DNA from: Lama guanicoe
Lineage: Eukaryota
Direction of reading: 5' to 3'
Assembly: GCA_013239625.1 (NCBI GenBank)
Contig: MU053216.1
Coordinates: forward strand, 1,328,943-1,392,942
DNA length: 64,000 nucleotides
Shown here: piece after piece, positions 11,970 to 25,900 of the stretch
Position numbering within the stretch: the first letter of the stretch is position 1
Layout of the letters: every line of letters starts with the position of its first letter
The notes under the pieces: generated by a model
What the model was told of the DNA's origin: nothing
What the model saw: the letters and a program-made list of their open reading frames with translations, nothing else
The model's database searches: none
Program-made: the position numbers and the translations under genes

Positions 11970-13720
11970 TCCTGCCCTCCGGGGCGAAGCCCACCGTCAG
12001 CCGTGGGAAGTGGCGACTGGGCGTCGCCCGCTGCAGGCCGGTGGGTGTGGGCTGCGGCGCTGACGTCAGCCAGCTGGTTTCCTCTCACCCCCAGACAGGT
12101 AGTTGCCCATAGGAGCTGTTTCTTCCAAACTCAAGACCCGGCGACGCCAAGGGGCCTCGGGGTGGGGAGGCGGGGCCTCTCGGCTAAGGGACATCATGTT
12201 TTATTCTTTACTGTGGGACGTCTCCTTCCGGATTACGGAAGTACGAACTGTCAGTGATAGGAAATTCGGAGAACAAGTGAGCGTCAAGCAGACAAGTCCC
12301 GTTTCGGGTGTAAGTCACCAGGCATCCTCCCAGACCCAGGGAAGTGGCGCTTCTCAGAGTGTGGCAGGGACCATCACTGCCAGGGCTGCATGGCATCTTA
12401 GACGACAGTGTCCCCAGCCCTCCTGATTCACAGGCCAGGGGAGCTGAGGCCCAGGAGCTGACAGAGCCGGCCAAGGTCGTCCCGGGACGAGAGGGCCCTG
12501 GCTCCGTCCCTGCCCACGCGCCCTGACCCGGTGTGACGGGGGCGGGGGCGGGGCAGGGCTTGTGGGGGCGTCGGAGCAGTCTCTGCAGTGGGCTCGACAC
12601 CAGCGCACTTGGCCGGCTGGAGGGTTCTAATAAGACCTCTCTTCTGTTTGCTGTGGCAAAGCAAGCTTGCCCTTGGGAGGGCGAGGGAGGAACGTGGCTG
12701 TACTTCTGCGTCTGTGACGTCCCCAGCACCTCCATCTATAACAGGTCAGCCCTAGGGCCCCTAGTGACAGCTGGTGACCAGGGCAGGGGTGGGAGAGCCT
12801 TCTGGCCAACGCAGACGTTAGCTCGGGCTTCAGAGCCGCCTCTAAGGTCTGTCCGCAGGCGTGACGGTGACCCCGCTGCTGCCCAGGCGCAGATGACGCG
12901 AGGAGCATGGCCAGCACTGAGGGCAGGCGTTGGGGGGCGGAGCAGCCACCCAGGGGGCGCTCGCACATGTCTGGGGCTGGGGTGCAGGTGGCAGAGGCCG
13001 GGTATCGTGGACCCCGACCTGGGCCAGCCCAGGTGTCGGCCTCGCTGCGTCCAAGTCAGCAGGTTCTTAGGACACTCAGCTCTGCCCGGGGCCCGCTGAC
13101 TCAGGTCACCCTGGCTCCCACGTTGGGGGAGGGTGCGGGCAGTGGGAGCAGCCCATGACCCCGCACGGACTCCGAGCCGCCCCGAGGAGGGCGGATTCCA
13201 GCAGGAGCAGCGGGCGACAGGGGGTGCCCACCAGCAGACCCCCGGCGTGGTGGGAAGAAACGGCCAGCTCTCGTGAGCACCTGGGGCCCAGGTTCCAGTA
13301 TCTAGGCCTGAGTGCTGTCGCCCGGGCCGGGGTCTGGCTGCACGCAGGGCCGGCCGCGGCGCTCTTTCCGCAGAGCCACCGGGTTCCTGGCAGCCACACC
13401 CGCGCTCTGATCTCCCGGGCTACTTTGTGAGCTGACTAACGCCCTTTAGTAAACCTCTTTCCCGCTTCAACCAGCCGGCATGGACTCAGGGGCCTGCAGC
13501 CAGGAACCCCGCGCACACCCCCGGATCCCGACAGCGCGGAGCTCCCAGTCACAGTTCAAGCTGATGTTCAGAACAGCCGCTGCGCTCCGGCCTCGGCCCC
13601 GGCTGCGCAGGCAGAGGGCCGGCCCCACCAGGCGGGCCGGGACCCCACGCTTCTCTGCGGAGGCGGCGGCGCTGCCCCACCCGGCCGGGACGAGGGAACA
13701 CGAGCGCACAGAAGTTCCGG
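11970..13720. promoter_or_regulatory. CpG-rich intergenic segment between the convergent KIF21B and MROH3 3' ends
   Basis: Visibly CpG-dense; full CRE TGACGTCA 12061-12068, AP-1 TGACTCA 13097-13103, inverted ETS cores 12225-12241. Confidence 0.45.
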
Positions 13721-13729
13721 CTTTCTCCC

Positions 13730-13735
13730 TTTATT
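13730..13735 (-). terminator. MROH3: MROH3 poly(A) signal AATAAA
   Basis: TTTATT on +, about 100 nt past the stop codon. Confidence 0.75.
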
Positions 13736-13833
13736 AGAGAGGCTCTGCAGGGACACACCCCACGTCTAGAGCAGGGCTCAGCTGCCCGGCCGTGGCCACT
13801 GCTGCCGCAGTCCAGTCTGCCCAGCATTCGGGC

Positions 13834-13982
13834 TCAGAAGTAGCCCCTTCGAGGCCTCCTGCAGCAGAAGCAGGATGTGGGGGTGGTGACTGGTCGCGTC
13901 CCCATGGCTTCCAGGACGTAGAAGGTCTGTGTGGCCAGGGAGCTGACCATGGGGTCAGGGTCTCCCCGCATGCACCTCAGGG
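13834..13982 (-). CDS. MROH3: MROH3 exon 22, last (ALRCMRGDPDPMVSSLATQ...SCFCCRRPRRGYF*)
   Basis: gttacag| acceptor, phase 1, TGA at 13836-13834. Confidence 0.88.
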
Positions 13983-16900
13983 CTGTAACACAGACGTGCA
14001 CTTTGAACACAGGGACACTGCCGGGCGGGGCCGGGCAGGGGGCCCGTCAGGGGGCTGTGCAGAGAGGGGCTGGCCTGGAGGGGGTATAGCTCTTGACTGC
14101 AGAGAGGGGCTGGCCCTTGAGATGGGGGACTGGCAGCTTGTGAATTGTGAGCAGGAATTCCTTCTAAGAGCCACACTCCCTGGTCACAGGCAGGTTGACA
14201 CACTTGCCAGGTTCCAGGAGACGTGGCCGCTGCCCCTCACCACCACATCCAGGACCTGCCCTTGAGGTCTTGCCCACTGTCTGCCGCCGGCTCTGCCCTC
14301 CTCTTCGCAGAGAAGAGCCATGAGTCCCCTGACTCAGAGAGGCTGTCGCCTGGGGCTCAGCCAGCTCCTGGGACCCAGCGAGGCAAGGATCTGGTGTTTG
14401 GGAGATGGAAGGGTGGGGGGACGTATCTCCAAGGATGCGTGGGGGACACCCGGGCAGAGGGGGGTGCTGGGAGCCCCCGTGTGCCCCCAAGTGAGAAAAA
14501 AGCTGGGCGTTCTTCCTGCAAAGAGTTCTAGGAAACTTCTCAGCTGATGAACGACAGCTGGGAAGTGGGGGCGGGGGCGGGAGGGCTCTGGCCCGGGCCC
14601 CAGGGCTAAATGCCTTGGAGACGACCCCCTCCTCGCTCCTTCCGGCGCTGATTTGTGAGCCCGTCCGCCCATGTCCCCTCACCTCTGAGCCTTCCCCGCC
14701 CATACCGGGGGGCCTGAGAGCAGCAGGGAGCGGGCAGCGGGGCTGTCACTCACCGCTATACGCGTCCTCGGCCTCGCGGGCCTCTTCCGTGCTCAGGGTC
14801 TGGATGATCTGGCCTGGGGTGGGGGGGGCAAGAGCAACTCAGTGCCCCGAAGGGGACCCGTGGGGCCTGGCTGCACCTGCTCTGCGCCTCTCCTCATGCA
14901 CCGCCATCCCCTCCCTCTGTCTGTCTGTCCCTCCCACAATTGTCCTTGCTCGGCCACCAGCCCCAGATCTAGACTTTTCCGTGAAGTCGAGATGACTTCC
15001 CTGCTTCTCTGAAGGGTCCCAAGCAAACTGGGCTGAGGAGGGGGAGAGACGGGGATGCCTCTGCCCAGAGGATGTTTCCCTGGGGTGACTGAGGCCGAAC
15101 CCGCCAGGCTCTGAGCCTCCTCACCGAGCCTCCCAGGGCTCAGTTCATTCCGCTGCGGCAAGGCCGCCCAGCCCAGCCCAGCCGGGAGCTTCCAGGGCGG
15201 GGAGTTGAGGGCGCTGGCTTGGGGGCTGGGGGACAAGTGCACACGGTCCTCCGCCCTCCAACGTCGTCACCCCAGGCCCTGTCTGCCTGCTGTCCCGGCC
15301 CCTCCGGCTCTCCGGAGGACCCGTGCTAGGACACGGCGGCTCCCAGAAGGGGGAAGGCGGTACCTGCAAACCACACGGCCACCTGGCGGATGGGGGCCTG
15401 TGGGCTCTTGAAGAGGGTCACGCTCTGCCTCAGGAACCAGAGGGCTCTGCTTGCCTCCTGCTGCAGCTGCACAAGGACGAGCCGGGTGGGCCAGGTGCCA
15501 CAGCTGGTTCCTCTGTCCCCGCCACCGGCCTCCTCCAGACAGTCCGGGGACTAAGCTGGAGTCACTCGCTCAGTGCAAAGTCCGTCCAAACGCTCTAACC
15601 CGCACCCTCCCTCCCAGCCCCCGAGGTTTCAGCTCCTCTAGGGGGCCTTCCTGGGTGGGACCTTTCTCTCCAGGGAAGGCCTGAAACGCAGAGAGATTCA
15701 CCCCGATCTCTGGCTCACACACTTCCCCCTCCTGTCCCGTTGTGTCCATTTGCTTATTTCCATCTCGGCTTAGAAGTGGCGATCTCAGGGCCATCTGCTT
15801 CGGGCTACAGGAGTCCAGCATGTCTACGCCGCCCTGTTCAGCAGCCACATGGCGCCACGCACCGTTAAGCATTTTGAGCCCTCCCTTCCCTGCCAGGGAT
15901 GCAGCCTCTGGGGTTCGTCCTGGGTCCTCCCGTGAAGGTCCGGAGGATGGCGGGTCCTTTCCTCTGCAAAGGCCACCCCCACCCCCGTCTCCCGCGCTTC
16001 CGTCCCAGCTGCACCCTGTTCTCCTCTTCACTCTGCACTGAGGTTCTTAAACTTCAAGGCTACATCGATGGCTTTTCAAACTGTCGTGGCAGAAGAATCT
16101 TTTCTTCAAATAAAATCCGAACTGGAAACCCAGCTTCCCAAACCCACAGAAGCGGGGCCGCTGAAGGTGTGGTGAGGCTGAGCCCAGCCAGCTGCGCACA
16201 GCCCATCCTGTGAAGTCACCCCAGAACCTTGGCTTCCACACCGGTCTCCTCCCTGCACCCCCGCTGGCCCTGGTCCCGCGAAGCTCACGGCGTCTCCCGT
16301 GGCCCGAGCCCAGCAGGCCCTGCTGCTTCCCTTCCTGGACTCCTGCTACCACCGCTCACTGTCCGCCGCTTGTTGCTCCTTGAAGCTGTCTCCTCTTTGG
16401 CGACCACGACCCTCCTCTCCTGCTGTTCCTCTTCTACTTCTTTGCCTGATTTTCCTTCCTAGGCTCCTGGGTGGGCCCCTTGGAACTGAGGCTTCTCGGA
16501 ATCCCAGTGCTGAGTCACGTGTTCCTTCGCTGTGTGAGCCCCGAGGTGGGCTAATCCAGGCTCGTCTACCATTCCATCCACCTGCCGAGAGCTCGCTCCC
16601 ATCCACCGCCCAGCCTGCTCCCCCTGCGTCAGTGACAGGTCTCTGACTTCCCGTGGGGCAGACCCACAAACTGTCCTGGCCCGCCGTGTACAAAGTCGAG
16701 CCACTTGCTTCCCCCCACACCTGATTCCTCCTCCTGCTGCAACACTGGCACTCCTGTGTCAGAAACCCAGGCGTCCACCTTCCCAGCACACTCTGCATCA
16801 AATCAGGCTTCGGGACCAGCCAATCCCCCCGTGTCCCCACCACCTCTCCCTGGCCCCCAAGCACGGGTCTCAGCCCTGCCCCTTGAGAGCTCACCCTCCC

Positions 16901-19900
16901 GTCTGTAGCCAGGTGATCTGTCTAAAGTGTGCCGCCATCTAACCGCGTGCCCCTCTTGCTCAGAGCACTTCAGCAGCTCCCCGTTTGCTACAGCATCAAA
17001 TCATGCTCCTTCCTGTGTCCAAACCTCCACCACACAGTGCGACCCAGCCTCCTACTTCCTGCTAAGTGCTCCTGGGCCAGGATGGCACACAGGCAGCCAT
17101 GAGCCCAAAGCAGCCTGCAGGTTCTACTCGTTTGCTCCACACAATGTTTTAAACATTCTAAACCACTTGTCGATAGAAACGTGGGAAATCTCACCAAATA
17201 GGATTTCCTGCTTTCCTAACACAGGGGCACACCTAGCAGCCCTGAGCCCGCTGGTTCTCCGCCGGGGGCTCTACTGTCCCCGGGGGAACGAGGGAGCTGG
17301 GGGCGGCTTTGGCTGTCGCGATGATGTCGGACGGCACACCAGTGTCTAGGGTCCCACCGCACACCTGTGTCAGCCAAGCCGTAGCTCGAATGGTCTGTGC
17401 CCAGAGCGTGGCTCTGTCCTTTGTAGAAACACAGCACTTCTCCACAGTTTGAATACACACCGGGTTTTCTAATCGTCTGCTGCGATGTGAATCAAAACCA
17501 GACTGAACTTCACTCTGTTCAGAATTTCACCAAAACCCGGCCGTCACTCTGGAGGCCACATTACCAGCGGCCAAACTTCTTGAGTCACGCTTTGGTCCCC
17601 GACACACGAGTCCTATACCTGCATTTGCAGCAGGTTCCCTTGAGGTAGAGCAGCCCCACGTCCCGTCTTTCGGGGGCCCTGGCCCAGGACGGCCACGTCC
17701 TGTCGAGTCGCCACATAGCGTTGTGCTGCGTCGCACACGCGCCACACACACACGTCTGCACACGCGCGTCACACACAGGGTCCCAGCACACAGCGCTTCC
17801 CCGTTTGGAGCTAGGGGCTTGACATTTACTTGTTTTGGAAGTCCGTGCGGGCGGCTGACGCTACCTGCACGTTTCGTTTTGGGAGAGGAAGCGGGTGCTA
17901 CCACACCCGTGATCTGATGGGGCCGGGCCGTGTCCAGTGGTGCCGAGAAGCGCGGCTGCAGCTGGACCACGCCCTCGGACCCAGCCGGCCTGCTTCTCTG
18001 CTTACTGCCCCTGCCTGGCCCGCAGGCACGAGTTCGCTGCCCCTGCGCTGACTCCCAGCCCCTGGTAGCTCCCACACCCCGAGCTCCTCTGCCCTTATTT
18101 CTCAGGACCTAATTCTGTAGGATGAGATGCGGGCGGGCCAGGTCCCTGGGACGGAGGGGATGCTCCACTCCACACCCCGTGTAGGGCCGCACCTCGCCCG
18201 CACTCCGATCCCTCCCCTTTGCCTGAGCGTTACCTCTCCTTCCATTCCCTGACCCCCACCGGGGACGCCTCCTTGAGGAAGCCTTCCTGCAGCTTCCAGA
18301 CCGGGCTACAAAGTCCCTTCCTCTCTCAGCCTTTACAGAGTGTTCCAAAATGATCTCCCTGTGTGCCTAGCTCCCCAGCTCACACAGGAAGCAATGGGCA
18401 GGGGAAGGCGGGGCAGGGACCACACACAGGTGCTGGGCACGGACAGCCCACGCAGGGAGCATCTCACTGTTGCAGTGCTGTGGCTGCAAATCCCAGAAGC
18501 CGCAGGAAAGCAACCCCGGAAGTGCGTCCCCCGACTCCCGGCACAGGAGCGGGACAACGAGCGAGCGGCAGCTTACCAGCGCTCTGAGGATCGTCCAAAC
18601 GTCCTTCTCGGCAAAGATCACTCTGAGCTTCCACCAGCCCAGTATGGTGGCCGTGTGGCAGAGGGCGGGCCGGGAGATCTAGAGAGACAGGAAGGCTCAG
18701 ACCAGTTAGAGGGCAGGGTGGGGAAGGGACCTGGCGGGGCACACAGAGAGGAGAGAGGGCGGTGAGGGACGGGAGACTCAGAGCCCGGAGGGACCAGGGC
18801 GGGAGAAAGGCCGAGCAGTCAGGCACCTTGGCTGCACCTGCACCCTTTCTCCCAGGAGCGAGACGGTTAAAAATCAGGGTGGTGGTGATTTTCCCAGCTG
18901 CATGTTACTGCCCTGAGACCCACCTCCTGGCTTACCCACCCACCCCACGGCTCCCCAGTCCCCAAAGTCTTGATGCTGCCACTGGGCGGTCGCCCCTCTG
19001 ATCAGGGTTGGCCCGTCAGAAGTGTCACTGCCGAGCTCCCTGGGAGGGAGCCCACCCACAAAGATAACACCCCAGTTCACTTGCTGGTTCAGAAACCCCA
19101 CCAGGCAAAGGAGCCTGCGGTGTGGACACTGGTGCCCCGGGCACGCCGTCGGCACTGTTCAGCTGCAACTTTTCTCCGCTGCAGCTCAGGCCCCTGGGCT
19201 CCCGGGCTCAGAGTCGGGCCCGTCCGTCCCAGGACGTGGCCAGTTCTGGGCCCTCTCTGTTCCACCCGCTGCGCTGCCCCAGGAGCCTGTCTCCGTTCAG
19301 TGACAAGGGGGTAGTGAGAGGTTTGGGGAGAAGGCCGGTGACGCCCAGATCAGGGACCCAGGGAGGGGAAAAGGCTTCACACCCGCAGCTGCCCGCTGTG
19401 TGCCGGCGGCTGGCCGGGGAGCCGGGGGCTGGAGAAGCCCCGGGCAGGCATCTGACTGCAGCTCTCCAAGGTTAGACAGGAGACTCCCCCGCCCCTTCCT
19501 AAGGGCTGGCTTGACCCCGTTCGCATTTCCCCACCCCGTGAGCGCTCCAGGCCTGGCCTCTCACCTGAGCCACGGGGACGCTCACATCCTCCAGGTGGAG
19601 CACGAGGAGGACCAGCAAGCTGAGGACCTGGTGCTTCAAGGGGAAGACAAGGACTCTCCGGCGGACCTTGGCCAGGACAGCCCCGTAGACCTCGAAGGCC
19701 TCCAAGCGCAGGTGTTCTGACTCCTGGGTGAGAACGCACACGCACACGCACACGCACACACGTGTGGGAGGGAGCTCAGCCTGAGCACCCGCCTCCGGGA
19801 CAGGTGACCCCAAGCCCCCCTCCACTGAGCGCAGGCCCCGTGCACACCCGCCCCCCATGTGCTCCAGCTCCACAGCACTCTCCTGCTGCGTTCTGCTCTC

Positions 19901-22900
19901 TGTCCAGACCCCTTTCACTATCCCCGAGCTGGGGACACGGCCACCAGCCCCACAGGAGGCCCCAGGTCCCAGCTGGAGGGGCCTTCGAGATCCTTCCGGC
20001 AACTTCCTTACCTTACGGATGCCAGAGAAGGGAAACGGGCCCTCAGAGGACTCACCTCCTCCAGGAAGGGCCCGAGCGTGAAGGCGAGCTGGATCAGGAA
20101 GGAGGAGGAGTCCTGCCAGGTGAGGTGCTCCACCAGGTACCTGAGCACCTGGAAGGTCTCGGCCACGACGCCGCCGTCCGCAGAGTAGCAGCAGTTCAGC
20201 ACATAGGGCTGCAGGGCGCGGAGCTGCTTCCCCTGTAGAGCACGGGTGCTCGGGAGGACAGCCCGAGTCCAGGAGCCAGCCTCGCCCATGCCACCCCACG
20301 CGACAGCCGGGCTGCCACACTGAGCCCCGTCTCCCCCGGAACCCGGGCGGCGTCGGGGGCGGGGGTGCTGGTGGAGGGCGCCGCCCCAAGGGTGTTGGGC
20401 AGCACTCCTGTCTTCATGGGAAAGGGAAAAGACAGGACACCCTCCTTCCCCCACCGTGGCCCCATCTCCACTGCCTCTTCATCCCTGGTGACGATGCCCG
20501 TCCCCAGGAGACCGGGCAGGTCAGAGCCCCAGCCTCTGACTTGGCCCATGAAATGACGCCGAGAAAACCTCCTCCATCCTCGCCGGGAGGGATAGACCAA
20601 CGGCTCACATCCTGGCCCCACTCCCCGTGGACTGGCTCCGTGAGGATTCCCTGTGTGACCCCGAGGGCGGTCCACCCCGTCCACAACCGGACACTCTGGG
20701 CCTCCAGCTCTCTCTAGTCCATCCCCGGCGAGAGCGCGCCCTGGACCCCGCCCGGCTCACCATGTTCCCGTGCTTCACGAAGACCTCCACCGCCCGCAGC
20801 AGCAGCTTCACTGCGGCCGGCTCCTCGCACTGGAGCCAGCTCGCCAGGATGCGGAGCGTGACCTTGTCCACCATGGCCGCCACGTCCGGGCACTGTAGGA
20901 GCTGCGCGAGGAGACGGAGGCAGAAGGGACAATGAGCAGGGGAACCCCAGTGACTCGGCACTGAGGCTCCTGCTCCACAGCAAAGACATGCTCTCAAGTA
21001 TCATCAGAAAGTCTGCAGATAACAAACGCTGAAGAGGACGTGGAGAGGAGGGGACCCTCCTGCACTGGAGGTGGGAATGCGAGTGGGTGCCACCGCTACA
21101 GAGAACAGTAACTAAAACTAGAGTTACCAAATGACCCAGAAATCCCACTCCTGGGCATATATCCAGAAAAATCCAGAAACACTAAGTCAGAAAGACACCT
21201 GCACCCCAGTGTTCATAGCAGCACTATTTACAGTAGCCAAGACATGGAAGCAGACTAAGTCTCCATCAGAGATGACGGGATAAGGAAGCTGTGGTGTATC
21301 TACACAGTGCAATACCACTCAGCCATAAAAAGGAATGAAATAATGCCGTCTGCAGCTCCGTGGGTGGACTTGGAGGGCATCATGCAAGTGAAATGAGTCA
21401 CTCAAAGGAAAACAAACACTGTACGATGTCACTTCTACATGGGATCTAAGAGATGCAACTAACTGGTGAAGGCAACCCAAAGAGGCGGACTCACAGACAC
21501 AGAGAGCAAACCAGTGGTGCCCAGTGGGGAGGGTGGGGGCAGCCAGGGGTTGGGGACTGGGAGGTGCAGACTGCTGGGCGCAAAGCCAGCGGATGTGTGT
21601 AAAACACGGGGATACAGCCAATGTCTTGTCATAACTGTAAACAGAAAGCAACCTTTGAATGTGTGAACATAAACACGTCTTTCAAAGAAAAGAAATGCTC
21701 TTAAGGGTTTGCAAGAGCAACTAAAGGGGCCAAAGCTTAGTTGAAGGGTCAGTTCACACTCTGTCATCCCAGAAGTCACCATCCTCTCTGCAAGCTTCCC
21801 TTCGGCTCCTTTGATAAGGGGTCTGCAGGGGACAGAGGTAGGAAGCGCCCGATGGGGACACACAGGCGGCTGATGCAGGTGGGGGCCCGGCACCGATGCG
21901 GTGGGAGGGAGACACAAAAACGGGGACGAAGAAAAGGGCAAACCTGGTATTACTTGTCTATTTATGTAAAATTGCATGCGTCTGCATGTTATTTGCAATA
22001 AAACTGAAGAAGGAAAAAGCAAATCAGAGACATTCAAGCCACGCGTGCTGCTCTGTGTGCATGCGTGTGCGGCGTCTGTCCGAGCGTGGCGCTGGCCGCT
22101 GGGACGTTTCCGTGGACGGCTCGGCCATCTCCACCGTCTGCCGGGCGGCCAGGCAGACCCACCTGCAGGGCTTACTAGCCACCTCTTTGAGCCTCAGCTC
22201 CATCCTCTGCAAAACAGAGGGAAGGGCACCCTTTTCCCACAGGGTCACAGTGAGAATTAAATAACTGTGCTCTCTGCTCCCTGGGAGCCCTGAGCAAAGG
22301 CCCACGGCCCGGGCGGTGCTAAACGTCTCCGCCGCGCTCACATATCACGGGACGGGCGAGAACCGCAAACGGCAGGTGCCGGCGCCGGGAAGAGCTGGGT
22401 TTTCACAGCCGTCCTCGCTCCTTCAGGGAGCTCCATCCACTCTCCCAGCTGGCACCCAAAGCCCCTCTGGTTTTCTTCTTTAATGTGTGTGTGGGGAGGG
22501 GTAACTAGGTTTATGTATTAATTTATTTTTGGAGGGGGCACTGGGGATTGAACCAGAACTTTGTGTTTGCTAAGCACGCCCTCTACCACTGAGCTCTACC
22601 CTCCCCACTGGTTTTTCACTTTAATATCAACCAAGTCTCCCTTTAATGCTGACAGTGAGGTTCATCCAGCCCCTTCTCCCCAGTAGGCCAAGCCTCCCTT
22701 CCCCCTTCTCAGCCCCAAAGTCCACAAAGGGTGGCAGATGAGTGAAGACCGGTTCCCGTGCCCACTGGTTTCCATGGATGTGATGCATTTGCGAGAACTT
22801 CCAGAGGACTTCCCAATCCAATTTCTAGAAGACAGCTTTAAACCAGGGAACTTCTAAATCAGACTAATGCCTGGACTCCACCCCAGACCTGCCCACATAG

Positions 22901-25900
22901 AGCCTGTACGTGGGGAGCGGGCAGAGGGGCCTCGGAACGGTCTGGCACTAGCGTTTTTAAATTCTGGAGGCTTCTGTGGCCTCCATCGTGGTGGTTCCCC
23001 TGCCCATCCAGGCGTGTGCCTTGTGCTGTTTCTCAAAGCTGGGTCCAAGGACGACCTGTCCTGCACAACCACGGGAGTATTTCCAGAAAGTAAGGACTCT
23101 GCGCCTCCCCCAAGGCTGCTGCGTCCAAGGCCCTGGGGCCCGGAAATCTGCATTTAAGCAGCTTCGCCAGAGAAACGCGGCGCACTGAGGCTGGACAGCC
23201 ACTTCCAGTCAGGGTTCCGGCCCCGCGTGCCCATGCCCCCATCCTTAGCAGGGGCTCTGCCCACACAGCACAAGCCCTTGCGTGCACGCAGCAGAGCCTC
23301 ACATTGACCTGCACACATCAGCTGTTAGCTCCCGGCGGGGACGCCTTCAGACAGGACCGACGCCCTGTGACCTGCACACAACGCACTGTGCCGCACGAGG
23401 GTAGCGTCGTTCATAGTCTAAGATTTGTGCTGTATTATTTTCTATCTCTGTTATTTCAAAAGTAATCCACGCCTGCAAAAGAAAAAAATCAGGTGGCTTG
23501 AACTTTTAAAAGAGGCTATTTAAAGCTGTGGGGAGTCAGGAACCCAGAAACTCCCTTTGAACACGGCCAGCGGAAGCATAAATCGGGAGAACTTTACTGG
23601 AAAGCTATTTGGCATTTGCATCAAAAGTCATAGGAGACATTCATGTTTTTCAATCAGCTCTTCCTCTGATTATATTTGATGTTTAAGGAAATAAGCTGGA
23701 ATGTGGGCAAAGCCTCTCACATGGAGGCGTTCATTAGTGTTATTCACAATAGTGTAAAACTGGAAACAGAATGTCCAATAAATTATCAGACCTCTTTGTG
23801 ATAAAATACCACATCTCCTTTAAAACTGATGTTTACAAAACCCCCACGTAAATACACAGGTGGCGCTTATGCAGCACAGGCTGCCGAGCGGTGACAGCAT
23901 GGCGCCAGCCGGGGGCACACACACCCCTCTCCACTGAGGCCAGGGCCTAAAACTGGTTTCCTCCGGGCATTGCGATTATTCACAGTTTTGTAATTAAGAT
24001 TCTTGTCCATGTTTTCTAAACTTTCTACATCTTTTCTCTGCCAGGTGTCCGAAACACCTTGAGCCAGTCAGTGGGGCTGAGCGGAGAGTGACTTTAATGG
24101 CCGAGGGGCAGCCGGCAGGACAGAGCGAGGTTCCGGGAGGAGTCCCACCAGGGAAACTCCAGGTGGCTCACCTGGCGTCCTAGGCAAGGTCCCCGGGCCG
24201 CCCCCACCTGCCCACCCCCTCCCCCAGAGCCGCTCACCTCGGTCATGAACGTGAGCGCCGTCAGGTGATTCTCGTGGTCCAGGTCCTGGAGGATCCCAAC
24301 TACAAGGCCGAAGACGGGGCGGCTGTGCCAGCAGTTCTTGGTGACCATGGCCCTGCGGCAGCGGGAGTGCAGCGATCAGGCCTGGGCCGTGCGCGGGGGG
24401 CCCTGGGAGGCGGGCTCCAGCCGGGTGCATCGCAGGCTCACCTGGCCAGCAGGGCCACCCCCTCAAGGTGTCTCTCCGGGCTGGTGAGCAGCTCCCAGCC
24501 CCCCAGCTTCTCAACGTAAGACACATGGTCACCATAGCCTGCGCTTGTCATCAAGGTTCTCAGGGCCTCCACGGTGCAGCTGGGGGCAGAAGCAGGGTCA
24601 TCTTCTCCCTCAGCTGCAGCTGTGCGGCCACCCCTCTCCATCACAGCCCTCAGGGACCCGGCTGCGTTGTACAGACGGGGTGCCCAGGGCAGCAGTGATG
24701 CAGGGAGCTGCGGAAGGCTGGGGACAGGATCCCGGTCTGCAGGCTCAGGTGCGTGGGTCCACCCACTGCCCCGACTTCACGTCGGTACAGAGTCCCTGCA
24801 TCAGCCCCGACAGAGTCTTTTCTAAGAAGTCCAGCAAGGCCTGTCAGACAGTGCATGGGGGACACCCCGGGGCCCCAGCAGAGGTGAGAGGGGCCTGGTC
24901 AGGCAGTGGCAGGGGGACGACAGACATGGGCCCTAAGCCATGGCCTGGAGCCAAGGGTACCTGACAGGGTCCGTCCAGTCGGCCAGGTGCTGCTGGCCCC
25001 AGAAGGCCTCCGCGGCCCCTGCCCCCAGGAGGGAGGAGGCCTGCAGCAGCAGGGCCACGAACAGCGGGGAGAAGAAGGCGTGCGCCTCCACCCTCTGGCT
25101 GGGCTCCAGCAGCAGCTCGCGGAGGGCCCTGGTGGCCTGGGGTGGGAGGAAAGGGCGCCACTATCACCTTTATCTTCAGCTCTTGGGTCCCGACCCCAGG
25201 ATATCTCTGCCCACAACCGACCCCCGTGACAAGCTGGCCCAGAGAACTAAGCTGCCGAGCGAGGAGAGACTGAGGCTGAGCGACCGGGAAAGCAGAGGGC
25301 AGAGCCTGCAGTGTCAGCCTTCAGAGTGCTCGTCTCACTGGGTGGTCGCCCCCTCTGCCCTCCTTGAGAGGCCAGGACGGGCTGGGGGCGTCGGCCCCAC
25401 CCAACCCCCCTCCGCCCCAGGAGAAGGAGAAGCCAGTTCTGTTCCCCTCCGAGGCAGAGTCGGGAAGCCCTCCCACCTGAGACTCTACCGTGCGGACATT
25501 CACCCTCCACCGCAGAGAGCTCAGGACAGCCGCGCCCGGGCCCCGGGGCCCCCCGCCTGCCCCCCCCCCCCGCCAGCCTGCGTACAATCAGAGGGGAGAT
25601 CTCCACTCCATTGCCAGGCTGCTGGGCCCAGGACCCCCGGCGCGCAGTCAACCTCTGCAGGAGATGCTCCATGATCACTTCGTGGCCTTTGGGGAATGAT
25701 GCCAGGATTTCCCAGGGCTTGTGAGTCCCCCTGCAGAGCAGAAGCCCCCCCCACACACAGTCACCCTCAGGGAAGAGCCCCAGGCCCCTTTGCCCAGGGG
25801 TCCCAGCATCCTCTCCCCCTTCCTCTTCTTTGTTGTCTCTCTCCTCATCCTCCCCTGTCTCCTCCTTCCATTCCTTCCGTCACCTCCAGGCCTCCCCATT

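Noticed and set aside
11423..12112. Overlapping intergenic ORFs downstream of KIF21B
   Set aside because: No recognisable domain, consistent splice pattern or retrocopy hallmarks; expected by chance at this GC level.
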